Source: an uncultured Pseudomonadales bacterium
Lineage (GTDB): Bacteria; Patescibacteriota; Microgenomatia; UBA1400; PJMF01
Length of the DNA: 64,000 nt
Reading direction: 5' to 3'
Assembly (NCBI GenBank): GCA_964404025.1
Contig: CAYOIJ010000003.1
Location: forward strand, 10,727-74,726
The position numbers and the translations under genes are program-made. The notes beneath the pieces are model-generated. The model made no database searches. It was given only the letters and a program-made list of their open reading frames with translations, and had not been told where the DNA came from. Below, in pieces: positions 1 to 9,108 of the stretch; position 1 is the stretch's first letter, and every line of letters starts with the position of its first letter.

Positions 1-2
1 TA

Positions 3-590
3 AAAAATAGAGCGATTCTCTGTTACTACCCCGTCCATTTTTTGATCAAAGCTAGTTACTGGTAATTGGTCAACTAATTGACTTTCAAAAACTAAAGCTA
101 AATTTAATTTTGGTTGATGATCAATAATAAAGCGATCATAAAATCCTGCTCCCCAACCCAGACGATCTCCCTTTTTACTTACTGCCAAGGCAGGCACTAG
201 GTTTAAATCAATCTTCTCGTCCAAAAAATTTTTTATTTTTGGTTGCAAGGTATTAAAGTCACCCACGAATAATTGTGAAAAATCTTCAATGACTGCTGCT
301 CTCATTAAACCCTTTTTAATAATAAAAGGCACTGCTACTGTTTTGCCCATTCTTAATAAGTTCTTAATTAATTGGTGCGTAGTTACTTCGGTATCCCTGG
401 ACACATAACACATAATGATTTTTGCTTGTTGCAAAACAGGTAAAGCTAGAACTTTTTTTTCGATTGTTTGAGACTTAGCTTTTATTTCTTCATCGCTCAG
501 TTGAACACGTTTAAATTTCATTTCATTTCTAAGTGCTTCTTTTTTCTTTATGATTGCCAATGATTTTTTATCTGAAAAATGTTGATTCAT
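3..590 (-). CDS. 5-formyltetrahydrofolate cyclo-ligase (MTHFS family). The C-terminal end is truncated by the window start.
   Basis: Hand translation of the minus strand from ATG (revcomp CAT at 588-590) gives MNQHFSDKKSLAIIKKKEALRNEM... and ends in ...KGDRLGWGAGFYDRFIIDHQ. This contains the family hallmark G-x-R-L-G-x-G-x-G-(F/Y)-Y-D-R. It is absent from the ORF track because it runs into the window edge. Confidence 0.65.
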   Translation of the reverse strand, partial: MNQHFSDKKSLAIIKKKEALRNEMKFKRVQLSDEEIKAKSQTIEKKVLALPVLQQAKIIMCYVSRDTEVTTHQLIKNLLRMGKTVAVPFIIKKGLMRAAVIEDFSQLFVGDFNTLQPKIKNFLDEKIDLNLVPALAVSKKGDRLGWGAGFYDRFIIDHQPKLNLALVFESQLVDQLPVTSFDQKMDGVVTENRSIF

Positions 591-697
591 AGACTTTTTT
601 TAGCCTGCTTGAATTAATAGAGGCTTGACCATATAATAACACTGTTGTCGCAGAGACACCATTTTTAAAATTATTTAATCAAAAAGGATTCATCACT

Positions 698-2041
698 ATG
701 AAGACCTACATTCCCCAATTAAAAAAAACTGACCCAGAAATGGCTGATTTAATTAAAAAGGAGTGTAAGAGGCAGGAGGAAACATTGATGATGATTCCTT
801 CAGAAAATATTGCTTCAGAAGCAGTTCAACAAGCAGTTGGTACTTGCTTGGGAAATAAATACGCTGAGGGCTATCCCAATAAAAGATATTATCAGGGTCA
901 AAAATATGTTGACCTAATCGAAAACTTAACCAAAGAAAGAGCAGTTGAAGCCTTTGGTGTAGTTCATGCTAATGTTCAACCTCTCTCTGGTTCTCCAGCT
1001 AACTTAGCTGTTTATTTGGGACTACTAAAACCTGGAGACACCATTTTGGGTTTAGATCTGTCACACGGTGGACACCTAACTCATGGCTCTAAGGTTTCAA
1101 CTTCTGGCATCTACTACAATTCAGTAGCTTACACTCTGAATAAAGAAGGCAAAATGGATTATGAGGCAATTGAAAAATTAGCCATTAAACATAAGCCTCA
1201 AATTATTGTAGCTGGTATTACTGCTTATCCATTAAAAGTTAACTGGGCTAAATTTGCCAAAGTTGCCGATAAAGTTGGTGCCTATTTGATGGCTGACGTT
1301 GCTCATTTGGCTGGATTGATTGTTTCTGGAGCTTATCCTTCACCCGCGCCACACGTGCATGTGATTACCACCACCACTCATAAAACTCTTCGTGGGCCAA
1401 GAGGCGCCATGATTATGGTTACTAAGAAAGGCATAAAGAAAAATCCTGATTTACCAAAGATTATTGATAGTGCGGTTTTCCCTAGACTACAAGGTGGTCC
1501 TCATATCAATACTATTGCTGGTATTGGCGTTGCCCTAAAAGAGGCCATGTCTCCCCGTTTCAAAAAATATGGAGAACAGGTAATTAAAAATAGCCAAGTT
1601 TTAGCCAAAGAATTAAAAAGCAAGGGATTTCATTTGGTGGCTGGAGGAAGCAATACTCATCTTATCTTAATTGATTTAAAAAATAAGGGAGTAATTGGTA
1701 ATTTAGCGGCAGAAGCATTAGAAGCAGCCAACATCGTACTCAATCGCAACAGTGTGCCTTTCGACACCAATCCACCTTTTTATCCATCTGGCATCAGAAT
1801 GGGTACACCAGGCTTAACTAGCAGAGGAATGAAAGAAGCACAAATGAGCAAAATTGCCAACTGGATTAGTGAAATAATTGAAGACATTGCTAGAATTCAA
1901 AAAGAAGAAAATATTACTTTTGCCCAAGTAAAAAAGAGCTCAGTCCGTAAAAAACTCATTGCCTCTTCCAAAAAAATTAAAGCAGTTCAAAAACAAGTAA
2001 TTCAACTTTGTAAAAAATTTCCTGTCCTGGGCGAATATTAA
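698..2041 (+). CDS. glyA: serine hydroxymethyltransferase
   Basis: The PLP-lysine region VITTTTHKTLRGPRGAMI and SHMT-like sequence are present throughout. It has a ~30-aa Lys-rich C-terminal extension. Confidence 0.92.
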   Translation: MKTYIPQLKKTDPEMADLIKKECKRQEETLMMIPSENIASEAVQQAVGTCLGNKYAEGYPNKRYYQGQKYVDLIENLTKERAVEAFGVVHANVQPLSGSPANLAVYLGLLKPGDTILGLDLSHGGHLTHGSKVSTSGIYYNSVAYTLNKEGKMDYEAIEKLAIKHKPQIIVAGITAYPLKVNWAKFAKVADKVGAYLMADVAHLAGLIVSGAYPSPAPHVHVITTTTHKTLRGPRGAMIMVTKKGIKKNPDLPKIIDSAVFPRLQGGPHINTIAGIGVALKEAMSPRFKKYGEQVIKNSQVLAKELKSKGFHLVAGGSNTHLILIDLKNKGVIGNLAAEALEAANIVLNRNSVPFDTNPPFYPSGIRMGTPGLTSRGMKEAQMSKIANWISEIIEDIARIQKEENITFAQVKKSSVRKKLIASSKKIKAVQKQVIQLCKKFPVLGEY

Positions 2042-2085
2042 ATTAATTAATAATTAAAAACCTCTAATAAATAGAAAGGGTTTTA

Positions 2086-3717
2086 ATGAAATCGGATATT
2101 GAAATTGCTCAAGCAGCTAAACTTAAGCCAATTAAAGAAATTGCAAAATCAATTGCCATTGATGAAAAATATTTAGAATATTATGGCAGTACAAAAGCCA
2201 AAATTAGCTTAGATATTTTAAAAAAAATTGGTCAAAAAAAAGATGGCAAATTAGTCTTAGTTACTGCCATGACTCCCACTCCTGCTGGTGAAGGCAAAAC
2301 TACAACCACTGTAGGTTTGGGGCAAGCATTATGGAGTTTGGGTAAAAAATCAATGATTTGCTTGCGCGAACCTTCTCTTGGTCCAATTTTTGGTATTAAG
2401 GGTGGAGCAGCTGGTGGAGGTCATGCTCAAGTTTTACCCATGGAAGACATTAATCTTCATTTTACTGGTGATCTACATGCTGTCGGTGCAGCTAATAACT
2501 TATTAGCTGCTTTAATTGACAACCATATTCATCACGGCAATAGTCTCGAAATTGATCCACGCAAAATTACTTGGAGGCGCTGTGTCGACATGAGCGATCG
2601 TAGTCTGAGATCAATTGTGATAGCTTTGGGTTCAGCTAATGGCTTAGTTAGAGAAGACGGTTATGATATCACTGTTGCTTCAGAAGTAATGGCTGTTCTT
2701 TGTTTAGCAAAAGACATTAAAGATTTAAAAAAGCGTCTAGAAAAGATGGTTGTTGCCACTAATACTAAAGGTGAACCAATAACTGCCAAAGATTTAAAAG
2801 CTGCCGGAGCAATGACAGTTTTACTCAAGGATGCAATTAAACCCAACCTTGTACAAACTTTAGAGGGATCACCAGCTTTTATTCATGGCGGCCCATTTGC
2901 TAATATTGCTCATGGCTGCAACTCTTTAATTGCTACTAAAACAGCTCTAAAATTAGCGGATATCGTAGTCACTGAGGCTGGCTTCGGTGCTGACTTAGGT
3001 GTTGAAAAATTCCTAGACATTAAATGTCGGATTGGTAAACTCAAACCAAATGCCGTAGTTTTAGTTAGCACTATTCGAGCACTAAAACATCATGGTCAAG
3101 GCGAATTGAAACCTGGCCTAGCTAACCTCGGCAAACACATTGAAAACATCAAAAAATTTGGTTTACCACTAGTAGTAGCTGTTAATAAGTTTAGTACTGA
3201 TACCCCACAGGAAATTAAACTAATTAAACAATATTGTGAAGAACGCGGTACCAAGGCCATTATGTCTGATGTCTGGGCTAAGGGTGCAAAGGGTGGTCAA
3301 GATTTAGCCAAAGAAGTTTTACAGCTAGTTCAACATAAAAATAACTTTAGTTATATCTATAATCCCAAAAAAGGCCTTAAAAACTCAGTGGAAGAAATAG
3401 TGAAAAAAGTTTATGGAGGAGATGGAGTAATTTGGAGTGCTGCTGCTCGCAGAGCAATAAGAAGATTTGAAAAATGGAATATCACTGATTTGCCAATTTG
3501 TATGGCCAAGACTCAGTCTTCAATTTCAGATAATCCTAAATTGCTAGGTAGACCAGAAAACTTTAAAATCAAAGTGAGGCAAATTCGTCTCAGCGCTGGT
3601 GCTGGTTTCTTTGTAGTAATTGCTGGCAGCATTATGACTATGCCAGGCTTACCTAAACAACCTGCCTCAGACAATATCGATATTAATGATCAAGACCTTA
3701 TCGTGGGTTTGTTTTAG
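2086..3717 (+). CDS. fhs: formate--tetrahydrofolate ligase
   Basis: The P-loop [16 protein letters not shown] and FTHFS-family sequence run the full length. Confidence 0.92.
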   Translation: MKSDIEIAQAAKLKPIKEIAKSIAIDEKYLEYYGSTKAKISLDILKKIGQKKDGKLVLVTAMTPTPAGEGKTTTTVGLGQALWSLGKKSMICLREPSLGPIFGIKGGAAGGGHAQVLPMEDINLHFTGDLHAVGAANNLLAALIDNHIHHGNSLEIDPRKITWRRCVDMSDRSLRSIVIALGSANGLVREDGYDITVASEVMAVLCLAKDIKDLKKRLEKMVVATNTKGEPITAKDLKAAGAMTVLLKDAIKPNLVQTLEGSPAFIHGGPFANIAHGCNSLIATKTALKLADIVVTEAGFGADLGVEKFLDIKCRIGKLKPNAVVLVSTIRALKHHGQGELKPGLANLGKHIENIKKFGLPLVVAVNKFSTDTPQEIKLIKQYCEERGTKAIMSDVWAKGAKGGQDLAKEVLQLVQHKNNFSYIYNPKKGLKNSVEEIVKKVYGGDGVIWSAAARRAIRRFEKWNITDLPICMAKTQSSISDNPKLLGRPENFKIKVRQIRLSAGAGFFVVIAGSIMTMPGLPKQPASDNIDINDQDLIVGLF

Positions 3718-3802
3718 TTAGTTGGCTGCTACAAATAAACTAAAAAATTATTAGTTATTTTAAAACTTCTCAATTAAAATAAGAGAAGTCTGGAGTAAAC
3801 TT

Positions 3803-4660
3803 ATGGCTCAGTTAATTGATAGTCGTGCCCTATCAAAAAAAATCCAAAATAAAATTAAAAAAGAAGTAGCTGCCTTAAATTTTAAACCAGGCTTAGCAGT
3901 GCTTTTAGTTGGCAGCGATCCAGCTTCCCAGGTTTATGTAAACAGCAAAGAAAAAGCTTGTAAAAAAGTTGGTTTCTATAGTGAAAAAATTATTTTAGAT
4001 AAAAATATAACACAGGATAAATTGTTAGTTGAAATTAAAAAGCTAAACAATAATCCAAAAATCCACGCTATTTTAGTTCAATTGCCACTACCCAAGCATT
4101 TAGACGAAAAAATCATAATTGATAATATTGACCCGCACAAAGATGTTGATGTTTTTCATCCCTATAATGTTGGTGAACTCTGCTTACAAAAACGCTTACC
4201 CAAACTCAACGACTTACTAGCTCCCTGCACTCCCAAAGGGATCATGAGAATGTTAGAAGAATATAAAATTGATTTAGAAGGTAAAAAAGCGGTGATCATT
4301 GGTCGCAGTAACCTTGTTGGTAAACCTATTGCGCTTATGCTCTTGGCTAGCAACGCCACAGTAGAGATTTGTCATTCCAAAACAAAGAATTTGACTGAAA
4401 CTAGTGCCCAAGCCGATATTGTTATTGCTGCCTTAGGCCAAGCTAATTTTCTTAAGAAAAACATGGTTAAAAAAGGAGCCATAGTGATTGATGTTGGCAT
4501 CAATCGTACTGATCAAGGCTTAACTGGTGATGTTGATTTTACTGAAGTTGAAAAAATTGCCAAATATATCACTCCAGTTCCTGGAGGAGTAGGGCCAATG
4601 ACTATTGCTTGTCTGTTAGAAAACACCCTTTTGCTGGCCAAAAAATACCGCAAGAAATAA
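3803..4660 (+). CDS. folD: bifunctional methylenetetrahydrofolate dehydrogenase / methenyl-THF cyclohydrolase
   Basis: FolD motifs are present: the YVNSKEKAC region, the GRSNLVGKP NADP-binding site and PVPGGVGPMT. Confidence 0.92.
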   Translation: MAQLIDSRALSKKIQNKIKKEVAALNFKPGLAVLLVGSDPASQVYVNSKEKACKKVGFYSEKIILDKNITQDKLLVEIKKLNNNPKIHAILVQLPLPKHLDEKIIIDNIDPHKDVDVFHPYNVGELCLQKRLPKLNDLLAPCTPKGIMRMLEEYKIDLEGKKAVIIGRSNLVGKPIALMLLASNATVEICHSKTKNLTETSAQADIVIAALGQANFLKKNMVKKGAIVIDVGINRTDQGLTGDVDFTEVEKIAKYITPVPGGVGPMTIACLLENTLLLAKKYRKK

Positions 4661-4709
4661 TAACCTGTACAAGCAAATGATTAAGGACTAAACTCGTTAA
4701 GTTAAGAGA

Positions 4710-5267
4710 TTAAGAGAGATTCTCCCTGCCCCATTTTAAAGTTTTAGCCAACCACAATAATTCTTCTAGGGATTTTTCAATTCTTTTTAAATATTTGTCA
4801 TCTATTATTAAATTTCCCTGTTGATCAAAAAGATCTTGAGCATTTGGAAAATTTAAATCTTGCCTGGAAATTATTAGCCCTAATGTTCGTAACACCGGTA
4901 GTATGGACTCAATCGCCCTCACACCTCCCCAGGGTCCACTAGAAACTCCAGCCAAAGCTACAGGCTTATGAAAATAAGCACTATACTCGCTGTCTAAAAC
5001 TCGTTTAAGAATGGCTGGATAGGAGTGATTATATTCAGGAACTACTATTAAAAGCGCATCCGCTTCTTCAATAATTTTTTTAAAATTATTGTTACTAAGG
5101 CTTGGTTCAAGATCATTTTTGGAAAAATCAAATTCAAGCGGATCGATCATCCTAGGTCTAAAACCAACAAAACTCTCAGCCACCTTATAAATGAGCTCAG
5201 CAATCTTTATAGATTCCCTCTCTCTTCGCTTAGTCCCAACAATAATGGCAATATTTAGCTCCTGCAT
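4710..5267 (-). CDS. NAD(P)H-dependent FMN reductase family flavoprotein
   Basis: It has a flavodoxin-like N-terminus (IAIIVGTKRRERES), PEYNHSYPAILK, and ALAGVSSGPWGG, which is typical of the FMN_red family. Confidence 0.65.
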   Translation of the reverse strand: MQELNIAIIVGTKRRERESIKIAELIYKVAESFVGFRPRMIDPLEFDFSKNDLEPSLSNNNFKKIIEEADALLIVVPEYNHSYPAILKRVLDSEYSAYFHKPVALAGVSSGPWGGVRAIESILPVLRTLGLIISRQDLNFPNAQDLFDQQGNLIIDDKYLKRIEKSLEELLWLAKTLKWGRENLS

Positions 5268-5336
5268 ACCTCTTATTATAGTACAATAGTTAAAATCTAA
5301 AATATAAGCAACAAATAATTATATAAACTAAGTTTT

Positions 5337-5411
5337 GCTTCTGTAGTTTAGTGGATAAAACATTGGTTTCCGGAACCAAAAACGAGGGTTCGATTCCCTC
5401 CAGAAGCACCA
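5337..5411 (+). tRNA. tRNA-Arg (anticodon CCG)
   Basis: Manual fold: 7-bp acceptor GCTTCTG/CAGAAGC, D-arm GTTT..AAAC, anticodon stem TTGGT/ACCAA with loop TTCCGGA, T-arm GAGGG-TTCGATT-CCCTC, discriminator A, and an encoded CCA. Confidence 0.8.
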
Positions 5412-5439
5412 AAAGGCACAAACTCTAGTTTTCTGGTGA

Positions 5440-5589
5440 TTTAATGATATAATATACTCAGTCTTAGATTGAAAACGTGCCGAGGTCCAATATTATTTCC
5501 TCCATAGTTCAAAACACAAGATGACCCTTAATTATAAGGGTAATTATTATTATTGTTGCAAAAATTTTTGCAACAGAAAAAAGGAAAAC
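5440..5589 (+). promoter_or_regulatory. Promoter-like -10 element (gatATAATat) followed by a structured 5' leader with two hairpins. The first is ACCCTTA-ATTA-TAAGGGT at 5524-5541. The second is TGTTGCAAAAA/TTTTTGCAACA at 5554-5575. Together they precede the RRM-protein gene.
   Basis: The inverted repeats were read directly from the sequence. The SD AAGGAAA lies 6 nt before the ATG at 5590. Confidence 0.35.
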
Positions 5590-5949
5590 ATGTCTGATTA
5601 TAGACAAGAAGAACCAAACAAAAAGAAACTTTTTGTTGGCAATCTACCTTTTAGTACTACTCAAGAGGAACTGCAAGAAGTTTTCTCAAAATTTGGCGAA
5701 ATCGCCAATGTAAACTTGATCACTGATCGTATGTCAGGTCGACCAAAAGGCTTTGCCTTTATCGAAATGAACAGCGAAGAAGAAGCTCAAGCTGCCATTG
5801 ATGGCATGAGTGGTCAAAAGATTGGTGACCGAGAAGTCATCGTTAATTTGGCTAGACCCCGCCAACCCCGTGATAACCAACGTGGTGGTTTCGGTGGTCA
5901 ACGCAACTACGGAGGTAACCGTTCAGGTGGCCGTAGCAACCGTTATTAA
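5590..5949 (+). CDS. RNA-binding protein with one RRM domain and a Gly/Arg-rich (RGG) C-terminal tail
   Basis: RNP2-like LFVGNLPF and RNP1-like KGFAFIEM are present. The C-terminus is GGFGGQRNYGGNRSGGRSNRY. The true start is the Met after a good SD; the ORF-track start at 5521 is an upstream in-frame extension. Confidence 0.85.
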   Translation: MSDYRQEEPNKKKLFVGNLPFSTTQEELQEVFSKFGEIANVNLITDRMSGRPKGFAFIEMNSEEEAQAAIDGMSGQKIGDREVIVNLARPRQPRDNQRGGFGGQRNYGGNRSGGRSNRY

Positions 5950-5975
5950 ATCAAGTAATTGCTTTAAAAACCAAG

Positions 5976-6004
5976 AAAAACCAGCTCAGATGAGCTGGTT
6001 TTTT
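5976..6004 (+). terminator. rho-independent terminator after the RRM gene
   Basis: The hairpin is CCAGCTC-AGAT-GAGCTGG followed by TTTTTT. Confidence 0.6.
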
Positions 6005-6059
6005 AATATTCAACTTCTATTGTCAAATATTTGTTTAATTTATAGTTAATAATATTTGA

Positions 6060-6818
6060 GTGAACCCATTGCTGGCGCCACTTATCATTAATGAAGTTTT
6101 TCCTAATCCCAGTGCAGGAAGTGAGTGGGTAGAAATACTGCAACTTGGAGAAAGCCCCATTAACTCTACAGATTACAGTAACTTTACTATCAGTGATGAG
6201 GGGCGTGTTATTTATCAATTTAGTGGAGATGAAAATTGGCTAGGAAAACTTTTACTAATTGAATTATCAGGACTTAATAATGGTGGTGATAGTGTTGTTT
6301 TGAAAAATGCAGAGGGCTTAATCATTGACGAAATGACTTATAGTAGCAGCCAGAAAGACATGAGTTGGTTACGAACTGATACTGAAAACCCATCATTTAT
6401 TCTTGGTAAACCCAGTCCCCTGGCCTTAAATATAACTCCCAGTCCAAGCACTAAGCCTACTCTTACCCCAACTAGTGTTCCTTCCATTACTCCTATTAGT
6501 AATCCTAGTCCAATAATTAGTACCGATCAAAATCAAGAAAATGAGCAAAAACTAAAATTAGAGCAAATAAGTAAGCCGCCAGATAAACAACAAGAAACAC
6601 TTAACAATCAAGATATTTCAGAAAAATACTTTGCTAATTATCAAAACTTTAAAAACTTAAACATTAAGTGTCAAAACAGTCAACATTTTTCTAATTCCCG
6701 TCTAGTTTTTTTGGGGCAAAGAATTCTTAAAACAGCCACTGTCAATGCTATAATAGGAAGTTCTTTATTTATTGTCGCTGCAATTCTATTAAGCTATGAG
6801 CAAAAGCCAAATCACTAG
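6060..6818 (+). CDS. lamin-tail-domain (LTD) protein with a Pro/Thr-rich linker and a C-terminal transmembrane anchor
   Basis: LIINEVFPNPSAGSEWVEILQLG...GDSVVLKNAEGLIIDEMTY matches the LTD fold consensus. It is followed by a TPSPSTKPTLTPTSVPSITP linker and a hydrophobic C-terminal segment, IIGSSLFIVAAILL. It has a GTG start and no N-terminal signal peptide. Confidence 0.55.
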   Translation: MNPLLAPLIINEVFPNPSAGSEWVEILQLGESPINSTDYSNFTISDEGRVIYQFSGDENWLGKLLLIELSGLNNGGDSVVLKNAEGLIIDEMTYSSSQKDMSWLRTDTENPSFILGKPSPLALNITPSPSTKPTLTPTSVPSITPISNPSPIISTDQNQENEQKLKLEQISKPPDKQQETLNNQDISEKYFANYQNFKNLNIKCQNSQHFSNSRLVFLGQRILKTATVNAIIGSSLFIVAAILLSYEQKPNH

Positions 6819-7197
6819 ACAAAAATCTTGGATTTTTTATATAAAAGTCTACCTACCTAGTGTGCTGTGGGCAATGTTAATTTTCATTTTATCTGATCAA
6901 ACAACATTGCCAGGATTTAAAGTCTCAGTATTAGATTTTATCTTCAAAAAAATAGCTCATATGCTTGTTTATGCTGTGCTCTATTATTTAATTTTCCGTG
7001 CTTACCTTGTTAGTAATCCAGCGCAATCACTAAACAAAAAACATTATTTGTGGCCTTTATTTTTGGCTCTATTTTATGCTATGACTGATGAATTACATCA
7101 ATCCACAGTTAAGGGTCGCTATGCAAGCACTCGTGACTTCGCTTACGATTTCCTAGGAATGGTGTCTGTATTGCTACATCAACAAAAAATGCTTTAA
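6796..7197 (+). CDS. VanZ-like family membrane protein
   Basis: It is a small polytopic membrane protein with a VanZ-like C-terminal motif, YAMTDELHQSTVKGRYASTRDFAYDFLG. It overlaps the upstream gene by 23 nt. Confidence 0.6.
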   Translation: MSKSQITRQKSWIFYIKVYLPSVLWAMLIFILSDQTTLPGFKVSVLDFIFKKIAHMLVYAVLYYLIFRAYLVSNPAQSLNKKHYLWPLFLALFYAMTDELHQSTVKGRYASTRDFAYDFLGMVSVLLHQQKML

Positions 7198-7282
7198 TTG
7201 CCACTTGACTTAATAACTCAAACTAGTACACTAATTGATACGTAAAAAGGCAAATTATAAATTAAAAAAGAAAGAGTAAACA

Positions 7283-7558
7283 ATGACCAAGTCTGAACTG
7301 ATTAATATCGTAGCCAAAAAAGCCCATTTAACCAAAAAGGCTGCAAATGAAGCTGTCGAAGCAATTTTTGACGAAATTATTCGTACTTTAAAAAAAGGCG
7401 ACAAAGTTGTCATTTCTGGTTTTGGTACTTTCTATGTTGGCAAGGTAGATGATAAGCACGTTGAACCTTTTGGTGACAAAACTAAACGCCAGCTTGTTAA
7501 AGGTCATCGCGTAGTCAATTTCCGCGTCGGCAAACCTCTTAAAAGAGAAATTTGGTAA
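7283..7558 (+). CDS. hup: DNA-binding protein HU
   Basis: It is 91 aa with an HU/IHF-family sequence, MTKSELINIVAKK...GFGTF...VNFRVGKPLK. Confidence 0.9.
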   Translation: MTKSELINIVAKKAHLTKKAANEAVEAIFDEIIRTLKKGDKVVISGFGTFYVGKVDDKHVEPFGDKTKRQLVKGHRVVNFRVGKPLKREIW

Positions 7559-7575
7559 ATTAGTTTAATATTAAC

Positions 7576-7604
7576 AAAAACCCACTTAATAAGTGGGTTT
7601 TTTT
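7576..7604. terminator. bidirectional rho-independent terminator between convergent hup and rpsI
   Basis: AAAAA-CCCACTT-AATA-AAGTGGG-TTTTTTT; the stem is flanked by an A-run and a T-run. Confidence 0.6.
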
Positions 7605-7641
7605 ATTGTAAAAAAAATATAATTAACAAAAATAAACAAAT

Positions 7642-8151
7642 TTAACGTTTTGGAGATTGACGCTTACGACGAGCTTTTCCACCCATACCAACTTTGCGAG
7701 TTTCTTTCATGCGATCGTCTCTCGTCATTAAGCCAACCGGCTTTAAAAAGGTACGAAATTCAGGATTATATTTGACTAGTGCACCTGATATACCATGAAC
7801 TACCGCGTCTAACTGAGCCCTCTTACCTGAGCCACTAACTTTAACAGAAAAAGAAATTTTACCTTTTGTACCAGTTAAATTAAAAGGCTGCATGTAAATG
7901 GCTGCAGCATTTCTGATACCAGAAAAATAGTCAGCTACTAATTGGTCATTAACTAGCAAATCACCACTGCCTTCATAAATTCTTACTCTAGCACTAGCAG
8001 TTTTGCGACGACCCACGGCTTCAACATACTTGCCACTAGGTATCTTGAAATTTGCAGTAGTTTTGGCTTGAGCTTTTTTAGCCTTAATCTTAGGCTGTTT
8101 TTTAACCACTTTTTTAATTTTGTTGGTTTTTTTATTCATGCGAATTGCCAT
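7642..8151 (-). CDS. rpsI: 30S ribosomal protein S9, with a Lys-rich N-terminal extension
   Basis: S9 core ...GRRKTASARVRIYEGSG... with a C-terminus ending in ...RRKRQSPKR. Confidence 0.92.
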   Translation of the reverse strand: MAIRMNKKTNKIKKVVKKQPKIKAKKAQAKTTANFKIPSGKYVEAVGRRKTASARVRIYEGSGDLLVNDQLVADYFSGIRNAAAIYMQPFNLTGTKGKISFSVKVSGSGKRAQLDAVVHGISGALVKYNPEFRTFLKPVGLMTRDDRMKETRKVGMGGKARRKRQSPKR

Positions 8152-8152
8152 A

Positions 8153-8581
8153 CTATTTTGCCTTTATTTGACTCTGATATGAGTGCTTATTGCCCACAAC
8201 AATTTTTAATCTTGCTAAACGCTGATCACGTAGACGATTTTTGGGAAGCATGTTTTTCACAGCTAATTCAATCACTTTAGTAGGATTTTTTTCTATCATT
8301 TCAGCAAATGTTCGCTGTCTAATACCTCCTGGAAAACCAGTGTGCCAATAATAAGTCTTCGTATTAGCCTTGTTTCTAGTAACTTCTACTTTCTCCGCAT
8401 TAATTACCACTACATAGTCACCACCATCATTGTGAGGGGTGTATGTCACTTTGTGTTTACCAATCAATTTTTCAGCAATTTCTGTGGCTAAACGACCTAA
8501 AACTTGGCCCTCAGCATCGTATTCAAACCATTGGCGCTTAATTTCTTCTTTTTTTTGAATAAAAGTTTTATTGTTTGACAT
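8153..8581 (-). CDS. rplM: 50S ribosomal protein L13
   Basis: L13-family sequence WFEYDAEGQVLGRLATEIAEKL. Confidence 0.92.
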   Translation of the reverse strand: MSNNKTFIQKKEEIKRQWFEYDAEGQVLGRLATEIAEKLIGKHKVTYTPHNDGGDYVVVINAEKVEVTRNKANTKTYYWHTGFPGGIRQRTFAEMIEKNPTKVIELAVKNMLPKNRLRDQRLARLKIVVGNKHSYQSQIKAK

Positions 8582-8583
8582 GA

Positions 8584-9099
8584 TTAATTCTCATCCTCTT
8601 TTTTCTTAGCAACACTTTTGCTTGTCTTCTTTTGGGCTGCTTTTTTTGTGCTAGCCTTTTTCTTAACTGATGTTTTTTTGCTAGTTTTTGCTTTTTCTTT
8701 TTCAACTTTTTTTGTATCGTTTTTCAAACCTTGCCATTTCTTTTCATCAACCAATAAACTTAAGCGAAAAACTGGCATATTATCTCCGCGACGATTACTT
8801 AACTTTTCTAAACTACAAAAACCACTTTTTTTATCTCCTAGTGCTGGCACCACTTGATCAAAAAGAGTGTTAACCACATCTTTCTTACCAAAAAATTTAT
8901 GAACTTCTCGACGACTTACTATATCTCCTTTTTGAGCACGACTAATAAGTTTATCTGCTAAACGACGTAACTCTTTCGCTCGACCCTCACTGGTTTCTAT
9001 TTGTCCATGTTCGATCAAGCCACGCAAAGAATTACGAAAGAGTGCTTTTCGACTCTGGGTATCACGATTAAAATGTTTAGCTTTTATACGATGTTTCAT
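8584..9099 (-). CDS. rplQ: 50S ribosomal protein L17, with a Lys-rich C-terminal extension
   Basis: The L17 core runs through to ...LSNRRGDN, followed by a tail of ~60 aa rich in K, T and S. Confidence 0.9.
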   Translation of the reverse strand: MKHRIKAKHFNRDTQSRKALFRNSLRGLIEHGQIETSEGRAKELRRLADKLISRAQKGDIVSRREVHKFFGKKDVVNTLFDQVVPALGDKKSGFCSLEKLSNRRGDNMPVFRLSLLVDEKKWQGLKNDTKKVEKEKAKTSKKTSVKKKASTKKAAQKKTSKSVAKKKEDEN

Positions 9100-9108
9100 G
9101 TTTAGTTC

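Noticed and set aside
2661-2846. A 61-aa minus-strand ORF inside fhs, with similar internal ORFs in folD (4162-4359), tuf, fusA, rpoC, rpoB, alaS, ftsK, RNase J, the Lon-like gene and the 747-aa gene.
   Set aside because: Each is nested antisense or off-frame inside a long, well-conserved CDS. They are chance ORFs in AT-rich DNA.
5521-5589. ORF-track N-terminal extension of the RRM protein (MTLNYKGNYYYCCKNFCNRKKEN...).
   Set aside because: The extension runs through the hairpin-forming leader and has no RBS. A strong SD precedes the internal ATG at 5590, where the RRM N-terminus begins.
5810-6218. ORFs 5810-6049 (+) and 6003-6218 (-) overlap the 3' end of the RRM gene, the terminator and the LTD gene start.
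   Set aside because: They are frame-shifted reads of the RGG-tail codons and the terminator or promoter region. No motif or RBS is present, and they conflict with better-supported genes.
8618-8873. Plus-strand ORFs 8618-8857 and 8688-8873 lie antisense to rplQ, with similar ones at 9134-9385, 14169-14417, 14818-15060, 15475-15660, 15918-16187, 16733-16921, 18536-18724 and 19759-20001.
   Set aside because: They are low-complexity F/L/S-rich mirror images of the Lys-rich or conserved r-protein codons on the other strand. They are fully contained within well-supported genes and have no RBS, so they are spurious.
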